This document shows, one piece after another, positions 18,938 through 30,400 of a stretch of DNA of 64,000 bases. The stretch lies in NCBI GenBank assembly GCA_015233405.1, contig JADFXT010000006.1, forward strand, positions 3,848 to 67,847, in the 5' to 3' direction. Origin of the DNA: Candidatus Omnitrophota bacterium (GTDB lineage: Bacteria > Omnitrophota > Gorgyraeia > Zapsychrales > Zapsychraceae). Both the position numbers and the translations under genes were made by a program. Positions within the stretch are counted from its first letter, which is position 1. Each line of letters starts with the position of its first letter. The notes under the pieces were generated by a model, which ran no database searches, had not been told where the DNA came from, and saw only the letters and a program-made list of their open reading frames with translations.

Positions 18938-19292
18938 CAAGCAAGGCAAATAAGCCGAGTTCTGTTGCTCTCTAGAAAATCTTCGAGCGACGGTTATTGA
19001 ACTCACTTAAAGGATTGCTCCTTTAACTCTTGCAGCCTACCCGGGAATATTGGCGAAACGGGCCGCTTCGCTCCGGAAAACCGGATCTTCCCCTATTTGG
19101 CATTGCTCCGTGCAGAGATTGCTCGTTTCACCCCTTCGACCTTTCGGTCTCAGGTATCGTCACTGTGGCTCTGATCCTCATCCGGTATGATTTCCCAGAC
19201 GGTCCCGCATTATCGGGATGCACTACCCTTGGGAGCTCGGACTTTCCTCCCCAACGAATCCAATCGTCGAGGCAACCATCTTGCCTTGCTTA
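18938..19292 (-). ncRNA. rnpB: RNase P RNA, bacterial type A
   Basis: The minus-strand RNA contains GGGGAGGAAAGUCCGAGCUCC (CR-I), GCCACAGUGA, GGGGUGAAA, CCCGGGUAGGCUGCAAGAG and ACAGAACUCGGCUUAU (CR-V). The P1 helix is GCAAGGCAA / UUGCCUUGC. Ends are approximate (+/-5 nt). Confidence 0.85.
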
Positions 19293-19720
19293 ATTTTAAT
19301 AGCTTGCGTTGCCAAGCGGTCCGCGTCTTTATTTTGTTCTCGAGGGATATTCTTTATCTCGACCTTCTTAAATTTTGACGCGAGACCCGTAACTTCCTGA
19401 AAAAGAACGAATAATTTCTCATTTTTAACTTTATACTGACCAGAAACCTGACGGGCCAATAATTCGCTGTCCGTAAAAATCTTTAAATGCTGCGCCTCTA
19501 AAAGGGCCGCTTCTTTCAGGGCATATTTCAAAGCGGAATATTCAGCAATATTATTCGTCGCATCACCAATCGATTCCGAAATTTCTTTAAGGACCGTCTC
19601 GCCTTCTTTGATCACCACGCCCACACCCGCCGGACCTGGATTTCCGCTACACGCCCCGTCGATAAATATGGTCAACGCCTCTCTCAAAGATTCTCCTTTA
19701 AATACAAGATCCTCGAACAC
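19223..19720 (-). CDS. rnhA: Ribonuclease HI
   Basis: DGACSGNPGPAGVG, TNNIAEYSAL and NKDADRLA catalytic blocks. The probable true start is the TTG at 19690, after AAGGAG and overlapping the upstream stop as TTGA. The last ~23 codons read into rnpB. Confidence 0.85.
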   Translation of the reverse strand: MFEDLVFKGESLREALTIFIDGACSGNPGPAGVGVVIKEGETVLKEISESIGDATNNIAEYSALKYALKEAALLEAQHLKIFTDSELLARQVSGQYKVKNEKLFVLFQEVTGLASKFKKVEIKNIPREQNKDADRLATQAIKIKQGKMVASTIGFVGEESPSSQG

Positions 19721-20433
19721 ACCTCACACTCAACCATTTTCTCGCCCATTTTTACTTCATTAATGACCTGCGGATTAAGGCCCAAAAAACATCCTCCGCA
19801 CGTATGGCCATTAATCGGAACAACCGCAATGCCGTCTTTGTGATTCAAAACTCTCTCATAACGGACTAAAACGTCCTGGGCAACATGCGGAATGATCTCT
19901 TGGCGCTGTGTTTTTAACTGGGCAACTTTCCCTTCAACGGTTCTGACATAATCATCCACTTCTTTCTTTCGGTCCAAATATTGTTTCTCTTCCTGCGCAA
20001 CATGCTGCTTTTCCTTGTTGATCTCAGCCTGGATCTGGTCGCTGTCATCATATGACAAAAGAATTTTTTCCTCAATTACGGATTTATCCGCCTTGATGTG
20101 CTCGATTTCAGAAAGCTTGGCCTTATATTCTTCGTTCTTCTTGACCTGCGAAAGCTGGGAATTAGCCTTAACGATCTGGTCCTCTTTGGTTTTCATATCA
20201 ACTTCAAGGTCTTTGCGCGCCACCACCGTTTTTTTCAAATTCTCTTCTAATTCATGCAACCGAGTTTTTTTGGCCTCAAACTGTTCCTTTAGCGCTTGGA
20301 CTTCTTTAGGCTTTTCTTCCAATTCCTTCTTAAACTCATAAACCTGTCCGTCGATCTTTTGCAATTCTATCAGCTTTTGAATCTGCTCCTTGATTTTATT
20401 CTCCGTCACAGTTATGCCTTTCTTCCTGAACAA
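19684..20433 (-). CDS. Coiled-coil protein with C-terminal C4 zinc ribbon (COG1579-like)
   Basis: Long heptad-rich sequence ending CGGCF...CEVCSRIL. Confidence 0.7.
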   Translation of the reverse strand: MFRKKGITVTENKIKEQIQKLIELQKIDGQVYEFKKELEEKPKEVQALKEQFEAKKTRLHELEENLKKTVVARKDLEVDMKTKEDQIVKANSQLSQVKKNEEYKAKLSEIEHIKADKSVIEEKILLSYDDSDQIQAEINKEKQHVAQEEKQYLDRKKEVDDYVRTVEGKVAQLKTQRQEIIPHVAQDVLVRYERVLNHKDGIAVVPINGHTCGGCFLGLNPQVINEVKMGEKMVECEVCSRILYLKENL

Positions 20434-20449
20434 ACATCATAAGGGAAAT

Positions 20450-20526
20450 TGGTGGGCACAGAAGGACTCGAACCTTCGACCTCTGCCATGTGAGGGCAGC
20501 GCTCTAACCAGCTGAGCTATGCGCCC
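20450..20526 (-). tRNA. tRNA-Val (anticodon CAC), CCA encoded
   Basis: Reverse complement GGGCGCAUAGCUCAGCUGGUUAGAGCGCUGCCCUCACAUGGCAGAGGUCGAAGGUUCGAGUCCUUCUGUGCCCACCA folds as a cloverleaf by hand. Confidence 0.9.
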
Positions 20527-20669
20527 AAAAAAGTGCTAAGAAATAAGTTGTAAGGTATAAGTAAAAACTTAAAAACAAAATCCTATTCTGTGGGCTTACC
20601 TATTTTGGGCTTTTAAAAGATCTTTGTCTTTACTTACTACTTATCGCTTACAACTTATCACTTATTTGC

Positions 20670-20743
20670 TGGGCCCACAGGGACTCGAACCCCGGACCAA
20701 GTGATTATGAGTCACCTGCTCTGACCGACTGAGCTATGGGCCC
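20670..20743 (-). tRNA. tRNA with CAU anticodon (elongator Met or Ile2; not initiator-like)
   Basis: Reverse complement GGGCCCAUAGCUCAGUCGGUCAGAGCAGGUGACUCAUAAUCACUUGGUCCGGGGUUCGAGUCCCUGUGGGCCCA. The anticodon stem lacks the three G-C pairs of initiators. CCA is not encoded. Confidence 0.85.
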
Positions 20744-20749
20744 GAAAAA

Positions 20750-20778
20750 ATATTAAAAAATACCATTTTCTAGCTCAA
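20750..20778 (-). promoter_or_regulatory. Candidate promoter for the tRNA pair (TTGAGC-17-TAATAT)
   Basis: Reverse-complement reading. The -10 ends ~7 nt before the tRNA 5' end. A second upstream TTGAAA-17-TATGCT is also present. Confidence 0.5.
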
Positions 20779-20867
20779 ATTTGAATTCCAGCATAACATA
20801 AGCATTTCTGAATTTCAACACATTTCCCATGACAAAATCTAAATATCTATAATTATAAGTAATACTA

Positions 20868-20900
20868 ATTAAAAGGCCTGCTTAAGGATCAAGCAGGCCT
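20868..20900 (-). terminator. Likely terminator after rpoD
   Basis: Minus-strand AGGCCUGCUU-GAUCCUU-AAGCAGGCCU followed by UUUUAAUU. Confidence 0.6.
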
Positions 20901-20926
20901 TTATTCATACATTTTTTCAGCTATTT

Positions 20927-22531
20927 TTAGATAGCTTCATCATCGCGCAGCGCCATGTCTAAGAACTGTTTGACACGTCTTGAGCGCGTTGGATGGCGCA
21001 GTTTCCGCAGAGCCTTGGATTCGATCTGACGCACACGTTCCCGGGTGACATTAAATTCTGTCCCAACTTCCTCGAGCGTGCGGGTCGTTCCATCATGGAT
21101 GCCGAAACGAAGCTCTAAAATTCTTCGTTCACGGTCTTCCAGCGTATTTAATATGCTACCGATCTCATCTTTGAGCATCGATTGCAATGTCGCATTCGCT
21201 GGAGAAACAGCCTTTTTATCTTCGATAAAATCACCGAAATGCGTATCGCCCTCATCACCAATAGGTGTTTGGAGCGAAATCGGCACCTGGGAAATCTTTA
21301 AGATTTCTTTGACCTTCGACACCGGAATCCTCATTTGCTTAGCAATTTCCTGTGGCGTTGGTTCGCGGCCGTATTCCTGGACAAAAAGCCTGGAGACACG
21401 GATAATTTTATTAATGGTTTCCGTCATGTGGACCGGAATACGAATTGTTCTCGCCTGGTCGGCAATGGAACGGGTAATGGCCTGACGAATCCACCAGGTG
21501 GCATACGTCGAAAATTTATACCCGCGTGTATATTCAAACTTTTCAACAGCACGGATAAGGCCCATATTCCCTTCCTGAATCAAATCCAGGAATGAAAGCC
21601 CGCGGTTAATATATTTCTTGGCGATAGAAACGACAAGTCGCAAGTTCGCCTCGACCAAAAGTTTTTTGGCCTTGTTAAACTTTGATTGCCGCATGCGAAT
21701 AATTCTTAAATGATCTTTTAACGCCTTGATCGGCTGTCCGAGCTCTGACTGTAATTTATTTTTTTCGGATTTAAGACCGCTGGCATTTTCAATTTTCTTT
21801 TTACCGCTTAAAACTTTCTCGATTTTTTCTGTCCGCTCGATCATTTCCATCAAATGATCGACAATCGCTTCATTAAAGGACGCCGTTAACTTAAACTTAG
21901 CCAACAAGTGAGCGGATTTGTCCGTCCCTACTTTTGTCCGATTGACCTCGTCTTTGATCTTTTTTAAGTCCCGAAGAAGTTTCGGCCGTCGCTCGAGCTC
22001 ATCTTTAACAACATCTTCGACGTTGATCTCTTCATTTAAAACCTTGTTGATCATATCAAGCGCTTCTTTTCGAGCAAAAACCGTTTTAAAGAGCGCTTCG
22101 GCGAACTTGATTTCCGCCTCTTCAATACGCTTGGCTAAACTGATTTCATTTTCCCGGGATAATAACGGAATGGACCCCATTTGTTTGAGGTACATCTTTA
22201 CAGGATCATCGAGAGGGATAAATTTATCCGAATACACATCGTCTTCTTTGTTTTCTTCTCTTACGCGTCGGATTTCTTGCTCACGAGATTCCTCCTCCAC
22301 CTCTTCTGCGCCTTCCGCAGCAGGCTCCGGGGTCTCTTCGTCAGACTCAATGACCTTGATATCCTTGCCGTCTAAGATGTCAAAGACCTTGTCGATCTCT
22401 TCGGATGACTCGACGCTATCGGAAAGGGCTTCATTGACTTCATCATAAGTCAAAAACCCTTTCTTCTTGCCCAAGACAAGCAATTTTTCGATGTCTTGCT
22501 TCAACTCATTTTTTTTGTTCTCTTGTTTCAT
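20927..22531 (-). CDS. rpoD: RNA polymerase sigma factor RpoD (sigma-70)
   Basis: Regions 1.1 to 4 are recognisable ([32 protein letters not shown]). Confidence 0.95.
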   Translation of the reverse strand: MKQENKKNELKQDIEKLLVLGKKKGFLTYDEVNEALSDSVESSEEIDKVFDILDGKDIKVIESDEETPEPAAEGAEEVEEESREQEIRRVREENKEDDVYSDKFIPLDDPVKMYLKQMGSIPLLSRENEISLAKRIEEAEIKFAEALFKTVFARKEALDMINKVLNEEINVEDVVKDELERRPKLLRDLKKIKDEVNRTKVGTDKSAHLLAKFKLTASFNEAIVDHLMEMIERTEKIEKVLSGKKKIENASGLKSEKNKLQSELGQPIKALKDHLRIIRMRQSKFNKAKKLLVEANLRLVVSIAKKYINRGLSFLDLIQEGNMGLIRAVEKFEYTRGYKFSTYATWWIRQAITRSIADQARTIRIPVHMTETINKIIRVSRLFVQEYGREPTPQEIAKQMRIPVSKVKEILKISQVPISLQTPIGDEGDTHFGDFIEDKKAVSPANATLQSMLKDEIGSILNTLEDRERRILELRFGIHDGTTRTLEEVGTEFNVTRERVRQIESKALRKLRHPTRSRRVKQFLDMALRDDEAI

Positions 22532-22545
22532 GCCGTCTCCCGATG

Positions 22546-24312
22546 TTATTGTTTGATTAATTGATTAAATTCTTCTTTAAGTTTATCAAGCTCATTATGA
22601 TTCCCCGCCAGTTCTGCCTCACGAATCTTTTCCAGCATTTCTTTCCGAAGAACCATCTTTTTATCTTTCTTGATGCGATTAACACAATCCTGGTAGATCT
22701 TTTCCTTATCCCCCGTCGTCACTTGTTCTTCTTGCATTAAGCTGCTGATCATCTGCTGCATTTTCTCATCGTCAAACGAACTTAAAAGACTTGCAAAATT
22801 GATTTTCTTTTCTTTCGCATACATGTCGAAAATCTTGGATATAACGTTACGAATCTCCTGATCTTGAAAGTCTTCGAGGGGGACCTCCTTTTTCATTTGA
22901 GGAATTAAATCCTGTTGGTCTAAGATGATTTTTAAAATGTTTGATTCGACAGCCCTCGACGGGCTTTTTTCCGCTGCTGAAGATTTCACTTCCGGATGAC
23001 CGGAAACTTTTTTTATCTTGTTCAGTTCCGTCATCACAGAAGCCTCATTGATATTTAAACTCCGGCTTAACCGCGAAACATATCCGGAACGAATCACCGC
23101 ATTATCAAATTTCGCAATCGTACTCAACATCTCCTCGACGATACGGGCCTTGCCTTCAACCGTCTTAACATCATAAAGCTTGGTCATGGCCTGCAATTTA
23201 TAATCAAATATTGGTCTAGCATCGACGACGTTTTCTTCAAAAGCCTTTACGCCAAATTTACGGACAAAAGAATCCGGGTCTTCGCCTTCCGTCAAGCTTG
23301 CGATCTTAACCTGCATCCCTTCTTCAACCAACGTATCTAAACTGCGCAGCATCGCGGCCTCTCCGGCCTTGTCCATATCAAAAAGCATCACAATATTTCT
23401 CGTATAGCGACGAAGAAGGCGGATCTGATCAACCGTCAGCGCCGTCCCTAAACAGGCCACAATATTTCGAACGCCGTGCTGAAAAGGGATCAGGCAATCC
23501 ATATATCCTTCGGTGATAATAACGCAATCCTTCTCGGCGATGGCTTGTTTCGCCAAATGAAATCCGTATAAATGATGCCCCTTCGTGTAAACAAATGTCT
23601 CCGGAGAATTGAGATATTTAGCCGTATCGTTTTTCTTAAGCGTTCGTCCGCCAAATGCCCGGCAATGGCCTAACGTATCAAAGATCGGGAACATCACGCG
23701 CTCGCGGAAACGATCATAATATCCATCGCGATTGTCCCTGGGAATAATCAACCCCGCTTTTTCCAGGAAAGCTAAAGTATAACCTTTATTCTTCAAAAAT
23801 TCAAGGAGACCATCCCACCGATTAAGCGCATAACCCAATTGAAACTGTTTAACAGCCTCCAGATCAATTCCGCGGCTTTTTAAATAATCGCGCGCCGTCG
23901 AGGTTTCCGGCGATATGTCAGAGAGCAAAATCTTGTGATAATACTGCGCGGCCTCGGCATTCACCTCAAAAATCTTCTGGCGCATGTGGCTATCCTGGCC
24001 GCCTTGCGGACGCGCATCTTCGGGCAAAATAATTCCGGCGCGTTTCGCCAATAATCGAACAGCCTCCGGAAATTCCATACGCTCATGCTTCATAATAAAA
24101 TTAACGACATTTCCGCCCACACCGCATCCGAAGCAATGAAAGATCTGTTTGTCCGGATTGACCATAAACGATGCCGTCTTTTCATTATGAAAAGGGCACG
24201 TGGCCTTAAAATTCCGTCCTGACCGTTTTAACGGCAAATAGGATGAGATCACCTCGACGATATCCGAGCGATCAATGACCTGAGAAATGCTGTCTTCAGG
24301 AATAAGTCCCAT
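22546..24312 (-). CDS. dnaG: DNA primase
   Basis: [26 protein letters not shown] zinc finger, followed by TOPRIM (EGYMD). Confidence 0.95.
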   Translation of the reverse strand: MGLIPEDSISQVIDRSDIVEVISSYLPLKRSGRNFKATCPFHNEKTASFMVNPDKQIFHCFGCGVGGNVVNFIMKHERMEFPEAVRLLAKRAGIILPEDARPQGGQDSHMRQKIFEVNAEAAQYYHKILLSDISPETSTARDYLKSRGIDLEAVKQFQLGYALNRWDGLLEFLKNKGYTLAFLEKAGLIIPRDNRDGYYDRFRERVMFPIFDTLGHCRAFGGRTLKKNDTAKYLNSPETFVYTKGHHLYGFHLAKQAIAEKDCVIITEGYMDCLIPFQHGVRNIVACLGTALTVDQIRLLRRYTRNIVMLFDMDKAGEAAMLRSLDTLVEEGMQVKIASLTEGEDPDSFVRKFGVKAFEENVVDARPIFDYKLQAMTKLYDVKTVEGKARIVEEMLSTIAKFDNAVIRSGYVSRLSRSLNINEASVMTELNKIKKVSGHPEVKSSAAEKSPSRAVESNILKIILDQQDLIPQMKKEVPLEDFQDQEIRNVISKIFDMYAKEKKINFASLLSSFDDEKMQQMISSLMQEEQVTTGDKEKIYQDCVNRIKKDKKMVLRKEMLEKIREAELAGNHNELDKLKEEFNQLIKQ

Positions 24313-25283
24313 TATCTTTTAAATCTCCTAAACCCGGAACATTCGAGAACTTCCAAGGAACTCTTTTTCTCTATTTTATCTAAAAGCAAATTCATCCCCA
24401 AATTATCACTGGCAATATGCCCTGCCACAATCACATTTAAATATTCACATTGAATTTTCTTAAAATGCTCCTCGGATAAATGCATACAGACCAGCGTCTT
24501 GACGCCCGCCTGAGATAACCGCGCAAAAATATCTTTCGAGCCTTCCGTACCGCCCGTCATATCGACGAAAACTTTTCCAACTTTGTCTTCAGGCTTGCCT
24601 AAGACGATCTTAGGACCGGCTTTGCCCGTCGACGCGGACTGATATTCCGGCTCTTTCATTAAAAGACGGACAGCGTCTTTTAAAGTCTTTGGATTTACGG
24701 TCTCCATCAAATTTTGCAAATACGACGCCACATGATTATCCGCCGGAGTATGACAACACATCAACGCCATGTCCAAAAGTTTCGCCGCATCCACCGTCCG
24801 CATATGATTCGACCCATGGACCCGGCGATTCACATCACCGATACGTTTGCTCATGAGGTCTTCCGCGACCTTTTTTTCAAGCCCTAAATTAACCAATAAA
24901 TCCGTCTGTAGCGACATGACCTCATAAAAACCCGCCCATGCGTGGCCTTCAGGATGATGCGCCAAAACAAGGTCAATTACTTTTCCTTTTTGCGATAACC
25001 GTTCGGCTAAAAGGATCTCAGCCGGATCGATATCAATCCCGACCAATATGCGCTTTATCTCTTTAGAGACATCTCCGTAAAGAATACGCGTATCGGCATA
25101 AGGATTACGTAAATCCTCTTTATCAAAGAACTTTCGTCCGTCCGTTTTTGCTACCTTAATTTTTTTTCTTTGCTGACGGAACGTTTCCCTGAGTTGGACT
25201 TTCGTCCTTAAATCTGCTTTAATTCCTTCTTGGACGCAAAATGAATAAAAATCTTTTAATTTCAAAACGAAACCTTTCCACAA
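24312..25283 (-). CDS. Nif3-like (DUF34) metal-binding protein
   Basis: AHHPEG, CHTPADN and GHIASD blocks resemble NIF3/YqfO. Position next to dnaG-rpoD matches Firmicute-type synteny as I recall it. Confidence 0.6.
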   Translation of the reverse strand: MWKGFVLKLKDFYSFCVQEGIKADLRTKVQLRETFRQQRKKIKVAKTDGRKFFDKEDLRNPYADTRILYGDVSKEIKRILVGIDIDPAEILLAERLSQKGKVIDLVLAHHPEGHAWAGFYEVMSLQTDLLVNLGLEKKVAEDLMSKRIGDVNRRVHGSNHMRTVDAAKLLDMALMCCHTPADNHVASYLQNLMETVNPKTLKDAVRLLMKEPEYQSASTGKAGPKIVLGKPEDKVGKVFVDMTGGTEGSKDIFARLSQAGVKTLVCMHLSEEHFKKIQCEYLNVIVAGHIASDNLGMNLLLDKIEKKSSLEVLECSGFRRFKR

Positions 25284-25308
25284 AAAATCTATCGAGTCAA
25301 CGGTTTAA

Positions 25309-25893
25309 TTATTTTTTAGGCGCTTCCAAAGCTTTTGTCTGCGCGGGCGGTTGCTCAGCCAGAATTCTGAAAATTTCTAAATTAACCGGTTCGCCCGGCA
25401 TGAGCTTTCCGATCATCGTATCATACGCAAACCGGTATATCGCCGGAGAAACCTTCTTAAAATAAACTCCACTAAAAGAATTGACCGAAGAATCTATAAG
25501 ATATGGTTCCTCGGACGCCATCAGCCCTGCTAAAAAAAGTCCGCATAAAAGAACTCTTCGGACCAAAGACAATATCATCCCTGTAATTTTATTAAAATTG
25601 GGATGGCCTTCGAGTTGTAGAATAAATTTCCATCCCTTACGCAGCAAAGAAAAGAATGAATAAACCCAAATCGCTAAAATACAAAAAGAAAACAACTTCA
25701 ATATCGGATAATTAAACGTAATCCGAATCAAAGTATTAGAAAAAGTCATATAATAATGCAAAGCAACAATCGTCGCCAGAAAAACTCCTAATAAACGGAA
25801 AATTTCTGTGACAAAATCGGTTCTTCTCCCGACAGAAATACCACGCAAAAAAATTCCTATCATGAAAAGATCAACCCAACTAAATTTGATCAT
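25309..25893 (-). CDS. CvpA-family membrane protein
   Basis: Start MIKFSWVDLFMIGIFL, four TM segments. The upstream part of the track ORF (to 25983) is probably non-coding. Confidence 0.55.
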   Translation of the reverse strand: MIKFSWVDLFMIGIFLRGISVGRRTDFVTEIFRLLGVFLATIVALHYYMTFSNTLIRITFNYPILKLFSFCILAIWVYSFFSLLRKGWKFILQLEGHPNFNKITGMILSLVRRVLLCGLFLAGLMASEEPYLIDSSVNSFSGVYFKKVSPAIYRFAYDTMIGKLMPGEPVNLEIFRILAEQPPAQTKALEAPKK

Positions 25894-26058
25894 TATTAGC
25901 CCTGTTCTTTTAAGGAAGCACTTCAAAGTGGTGAAAGTATAACACACGACCTTTCCCCTGTCAAGGGAAGCGCTTTCTCGCATAAACTATTGAAATAGAA
26001 TAACTTACAATCTTACAAAATAATTAAAAATAATTAAAAAACCATCTTGTAGATTAGC

Positions 26059-26087
26059 TTGACAACCGTCCTTTTAAATGTTATGTT
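26059..26087 (+). promoter_or_regulatory. Candidate promoter of the diguanylate cyclase gene (TTGACA-17-TATGTT)
   Basis: Direct reading of the plus strand. Confidence 0.5.
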
Positions 26088-26160
26088 TCATGCCATATAG
26101 AACTTGGACTATTAACACCCTATATCAATCAATACGCTTTATAAAAAAGGCCCTATACGG

Positions 26161-27357
26161 ATGGAAGACTCATTATTAAAGAACACAGATGAAGCTGAAA
26201 TAAGAATCAACGAGGCGGCGGAAAAGCTTAAGCGCGTCGAACGAGACCTCTCTACTCTCTATGAGGTCAGTAACGCTATGCGTACCACGCTTGACTTAAA
26301 TCATATCCTTTATATCATCCTTACAGGAGTGACCGCCCATACCGGTCTAGGATTTAACCGTGCCGTTTTATTTCTCGTCAATGAAAAAGACCAACGCTTA
26401 GAGCCAAAGATGGCCATCGGCCCTGATTCCGGCGAAGATGCCAAACGTATTTGGGATAATATCCAGAAATATAACCAAGGTCTTAATGACCTTATCGGTA
26501 AAGATAAGCTTTCTTATAATATCAATCAATCCAGCCTTTATAAAGCAATTAAACAGCTCAAGATCCCTTTAAATTCCGAGAATCTTCTCTCCGATGTTTT
26601 TTATACCGGATTGGCCACACACATTACGCAAGATAATATCGAAGAGTATCAGAATGATACGTTCTTAAAATTTTTCATGACCAAAGAACTGGTCATCATG
26701 CCTTTACGCGCCAAAGATAAGGTCAACGGTCTTATTGTGGCGGATAACCTTTTTACGCAAAAGCCGATCTCCGACGACGATCTGAAAATCTTTACCATGT
26801 TGGCCAACCAAGCCGGATTGGCGATTGAAAATTCACGGCTTTATGAAATGATCATCCAAAAAAGTCACACCGATGCGTTAACGGGATTATGGAACCACGG
26901 TTATTTCCAGGAAGAAATCACCAAAGAACTCGAGCGCCATCAAAGCGAACGGCAATCCTTAAGCCTTTTGATGATCGACATGGATAATTTTAAAACACTC
27001 AACGATTCGCACGGACATCAATACGGCGACATTGTTTTAAAAGAAATTGCGAGCCTGTTAAAAGATTCTTCCCGGGAAACAGATTATGTCTGCCGCTACG
27101 GCGGAGAAGAGTTTTCGATCATCCTGACCCAAACATGGAAAGAACAAGGCCATATTATCGCCGAACGCATTCGTCAGCGGATCGAACAAAAAGATTTCTT
27201 AAAACCGAATTCAAATGAGATGTTAAGAACAACGGTGAGCATTGGATTGGCGACTTTTCCGGAAGATGGTCAATCGAAAGAAGAATTAATTACGAAAGCG
27301 GATAAGGCGATGTATATCGCGAAATTCAGCGGCAAGAATCAAACGTGTTCAGCCTAG
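26161..27357 (+). CDS. GAF domain-containing diguanylate cyclase (GGDEF)
   Basis: GGEEF active site. RETD lies exactly 5 residues upstream, which is the RxxD I-site. The N-terminal region is GAF-like. This is the only plus-strand gene in the window. Confidence 0.9.
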   Translation: MEDSLLKNTDEAEIRINEAAEKLKRVERDLSTLYEVSNAMRTTLDLNHILYIILTGVTAHTGLGFNRAVLFLVNEKDQRLEPKMAIGPDSGEDAKRIWDNIQKYNQGLNDLIGKDKLSYNINQSSLYKAIKQLKIPLNSENLLSDVFYTGLATHITQDNIEEYQNDTFLKFFMTKELVIMPLRAKDKVNGLIVADNLFTQKPISDDDLKIFTMLANQAGLAIENSRLYEMIIQKSHTDALTGLWNHGYFQEEITKELERHQSERQSLSLLMIDMDNFKTLNDSHGHQYGDIVLKEIASLLKDSSRETDYVCRYGGEEFSIILTQTWKEQGHIIAERIRQRIEQKDFLKPNSNEMLRTTVSIGLATFPEDGQSKEELITKADKAMYIAKFSGKNQTCSA

Positions 27358-27463
27358 ATTTAAAATTTCCGACGGGAGATAAGGGCGATTAATGTTGCAG
27401 ATTCTAAGAAGTCTTCTCCTCCCCCTTTAAAAGTCCTTATCTCCCATCTTTTCCCTTCCTCCG

Positions 27464-30400
27464 TCAAACTCCTGCAGCAACTGCTTCCTCCTGAACTACT
27501 TCTCTTTCCTTAAACTTGACCGACACGATACGAGAAACGCCTGTTTCAGGCATTGTGATCCCATACATGACATCTGAATTAGCGATGGTCTTTTTATTGT
27601 GCGTGATGACGATGAACTGCGCGATCTTCGCGAAGTCCTTTAGCAAAAATCCAAAACGCCCGACGTTAGATTCATCCAAGGCCGCGTCAATTTCGTCGAG
27701 CACGCAGAACGGACTTGGATTGACCTTAAATACCCCGAACACCAGGGCTATAGCGGTGAGGGTTTTCTCCCCACCTGACATGAGGCTGATACTTTGCAAT
27801 TTCTTCCCAGGAGGTCTTGCTACAATATCAATACCGGACTCCAAAACATTTTCGGGATCTAGCAAGACCAACTGGGCTTCTCCTCCTCCAAAGAGCATAC
27901 GGAAATAGATACGGAATTCTTCACCGACTTTGGTAAACGTATCTAAGAACATTTGCCTCGTCGAGCGGTTGATCTTATTGATCGTGGCCATCAACTGCGA
28001 CTTGGCTTCTAAAAGATCGGATTGCTGCTTGGTTAGAAACTCAAAACGTTCCTTTAACGCTTCATATTCTTCAATAGCGACCAAATTGACGCTGCCATAG
28101 GAATCGCAGCGCTTTTTCATTTTCTCGACGTCAACAGAAACCTGGCTCCAATCAAGCTCCTCGGTCTCAAGAAGGAAACTATAATCTTCAGGTTCTTCCT
28201 TGGTTTTCTTACGCGGGATCATCGAGTCATATTGAGCTAACCGGGACTGCCGGTCATCCTGCTTAAACACATTCGGCTTATAAAAAACATCTGAACTGTC
28301 CATCAATTCAAGAGGCGCTAAGGCCATCGAACTATCAATCGTTTCTTCTTTGAGCGCTTCTTCGGGATGCTGGACCTTATAAAGGACTTTATCAAAATCG
28401 ATTTTATACGTTTGAAGCAGCCGGGCCTTGATGCTTTGCATCTCAAAAGAAATCTTCTGGTCGTTTAATTCCTGGCTATGTTTGTTCTTCTGAATATCGT
28501 CGAGCTCGTCCTGCAAACAATTCATATTATCCCGGGCCGTATTGATCTTCTGGCCGACATACCCTTTCTGGATCTCATAATCACGCAAGACCGCTTCAAG
28601 CGACTGGCGATTACGGTTAAGCTCTTCGATTCTCTGTTTAATATTCTCGATCTCTCTTTGATAGTCCTCTTCCTTGGCCTGTTGCGCAACGATTTCATCG
28701 TCGATCTTTTTGATCTCTCCCAAATCGTTGTCCAAAGAATCGATAAACATCACCAGGTTGGCTTTCTGGCTCTTCAATTTATCCTTATCGGATTGGATTT
28801 CCGCCTCAAGCTGGGCGATGGCGATGGTCGTTTCTTGACGGGCCTTCAGCTGTTCTTCGATATGAAACTGGCTTTCTTTGACCGCGCCTTGGCAAAAAGC
28901 AATCTCCTGATTGATAGAGTCCAACAAAGCGTTCGCGGCTTCTTCTTTTTTCTTTGCTTCCATCAAATGTTCACGGACCTCGACGAATTCCGAGCTGACA
29001 AGTTCCAGCTCATTAATCAATTTGCTGATTTCTTCTAAGATATCTTTTCGCTGGGCCTCCAGAATAGAGTACTCTTTTTCCTTGCTTTGGCATTCTTCTT
29101 CCAAACGCACTTGGATTTTCTGCTCTTCCTTGATGCGTTCCAACAAATTATTCTTTTGAAATTCAAGCTGGCCAATTTCCTGATTGATCTCATCGATCTT
29201 TTGGGAAATCTGTTGAGGATCCAGCTCAATAAACTTCGTCTCGCAGATGATCTCATAAAGCTGCTGGACCTGAATATACTGAGGATCGTCGACGGACAAA
29301 TTGGCCTTCAAAGACTCCAAGCGCTCTGGATTTAATAGCCTTACGTTCTTGACTTTTCCGATGATCCCGGTGTGATGGCCTAACGGCGGGACTTGCGTGA
29401 TGAATCTCCCCTCGACCACAGGATCCGGCATGTCCTGATACTGCACATGCATCTTCTCGATAAAATCTTTCTGGGAAATCAAAAAAAGCTTTTTCTTTTC
29501 AAGCGTATCAATGGATTGTTTTAACGACTCTAATTGACTCTGAAGCTCTTCGATTTGCTGGTCTTTATTTTGTTTTTCGAGTTCGAGCTCGCCTAGGACC
29601 ACTCTGGTCGAGCTAAGTTTGTCTTCCATCGTTCTTAATTTCTCATCGACCTGATGCTTCTCGCTTTCAACCTTTTCATTTTCCATTTCCAAACGACGTT
29701 TTCTCGCCAAAGCGCCTTGCATCTCCTTCATAATATCGGTCAGGTCATTTCGTAAATTCACCTGCTCGGCGGTCAATCCAAATGTTTTTTCTTCGCTTTC
29801 TCTAATACATTTCTTGGCATGGTCGATGGTTTCTTCTATGACGGCCAAGGCCTCGCGCCGCTTAATTAGATTTTCCTCATTCGAAACAATACTCTTCTCG
29901 ACGGAGATCAGGCTTTCCTTGAGTTCCTCAATACGCTGTTGATGCCCACGACAGCGATCGATCAGTTGCTGTTTCTGTTCTTTTAGACGGATGTCATTAC
30001 GGCGGATATTATCGACGCGCTCTTCGTTAAACGCGATCTGTCCATTGTTAACATTAATTTGCCCGTCGATCTTGATCTCTTCGGATTTAATCTCATTGAT
30101 CTTCTGGTCCAATTCCCCGACGAGGTTAATTTGATCGGTCAGCGCCTGAGACAACAGTTCAATTTGCTGGTCTAAGAGCGTTTCTTTCTCTTTCAAACCG
30201 TCCATCTCAGAAACTAAGCTGTCCTTTTTTTGGGAAAATCCGTCCAGATGATATTTCGCAACACGCAGTTCCAATTTCTTTAATTTCTCAAACTCAACCT
30301 TATATTTCCGCGCCTTATCGGCCTGGCGTTCAATCGAACCGATTTGTCGTCGGATTTCCGTAATGATATCATTAATGCGCAGGAGATTATTTTCCGCGTC

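Noticed and set aside
27358-27463. Bidirectional terminator between the convergent diguanylate cyclase and smc genes (gggagataagg ... ccttatctccc)
   Set aside because: The 11-bp arms are separated by a ~50-nt loop and lack a clear U-tract on either strand, which is too weak to annotate.
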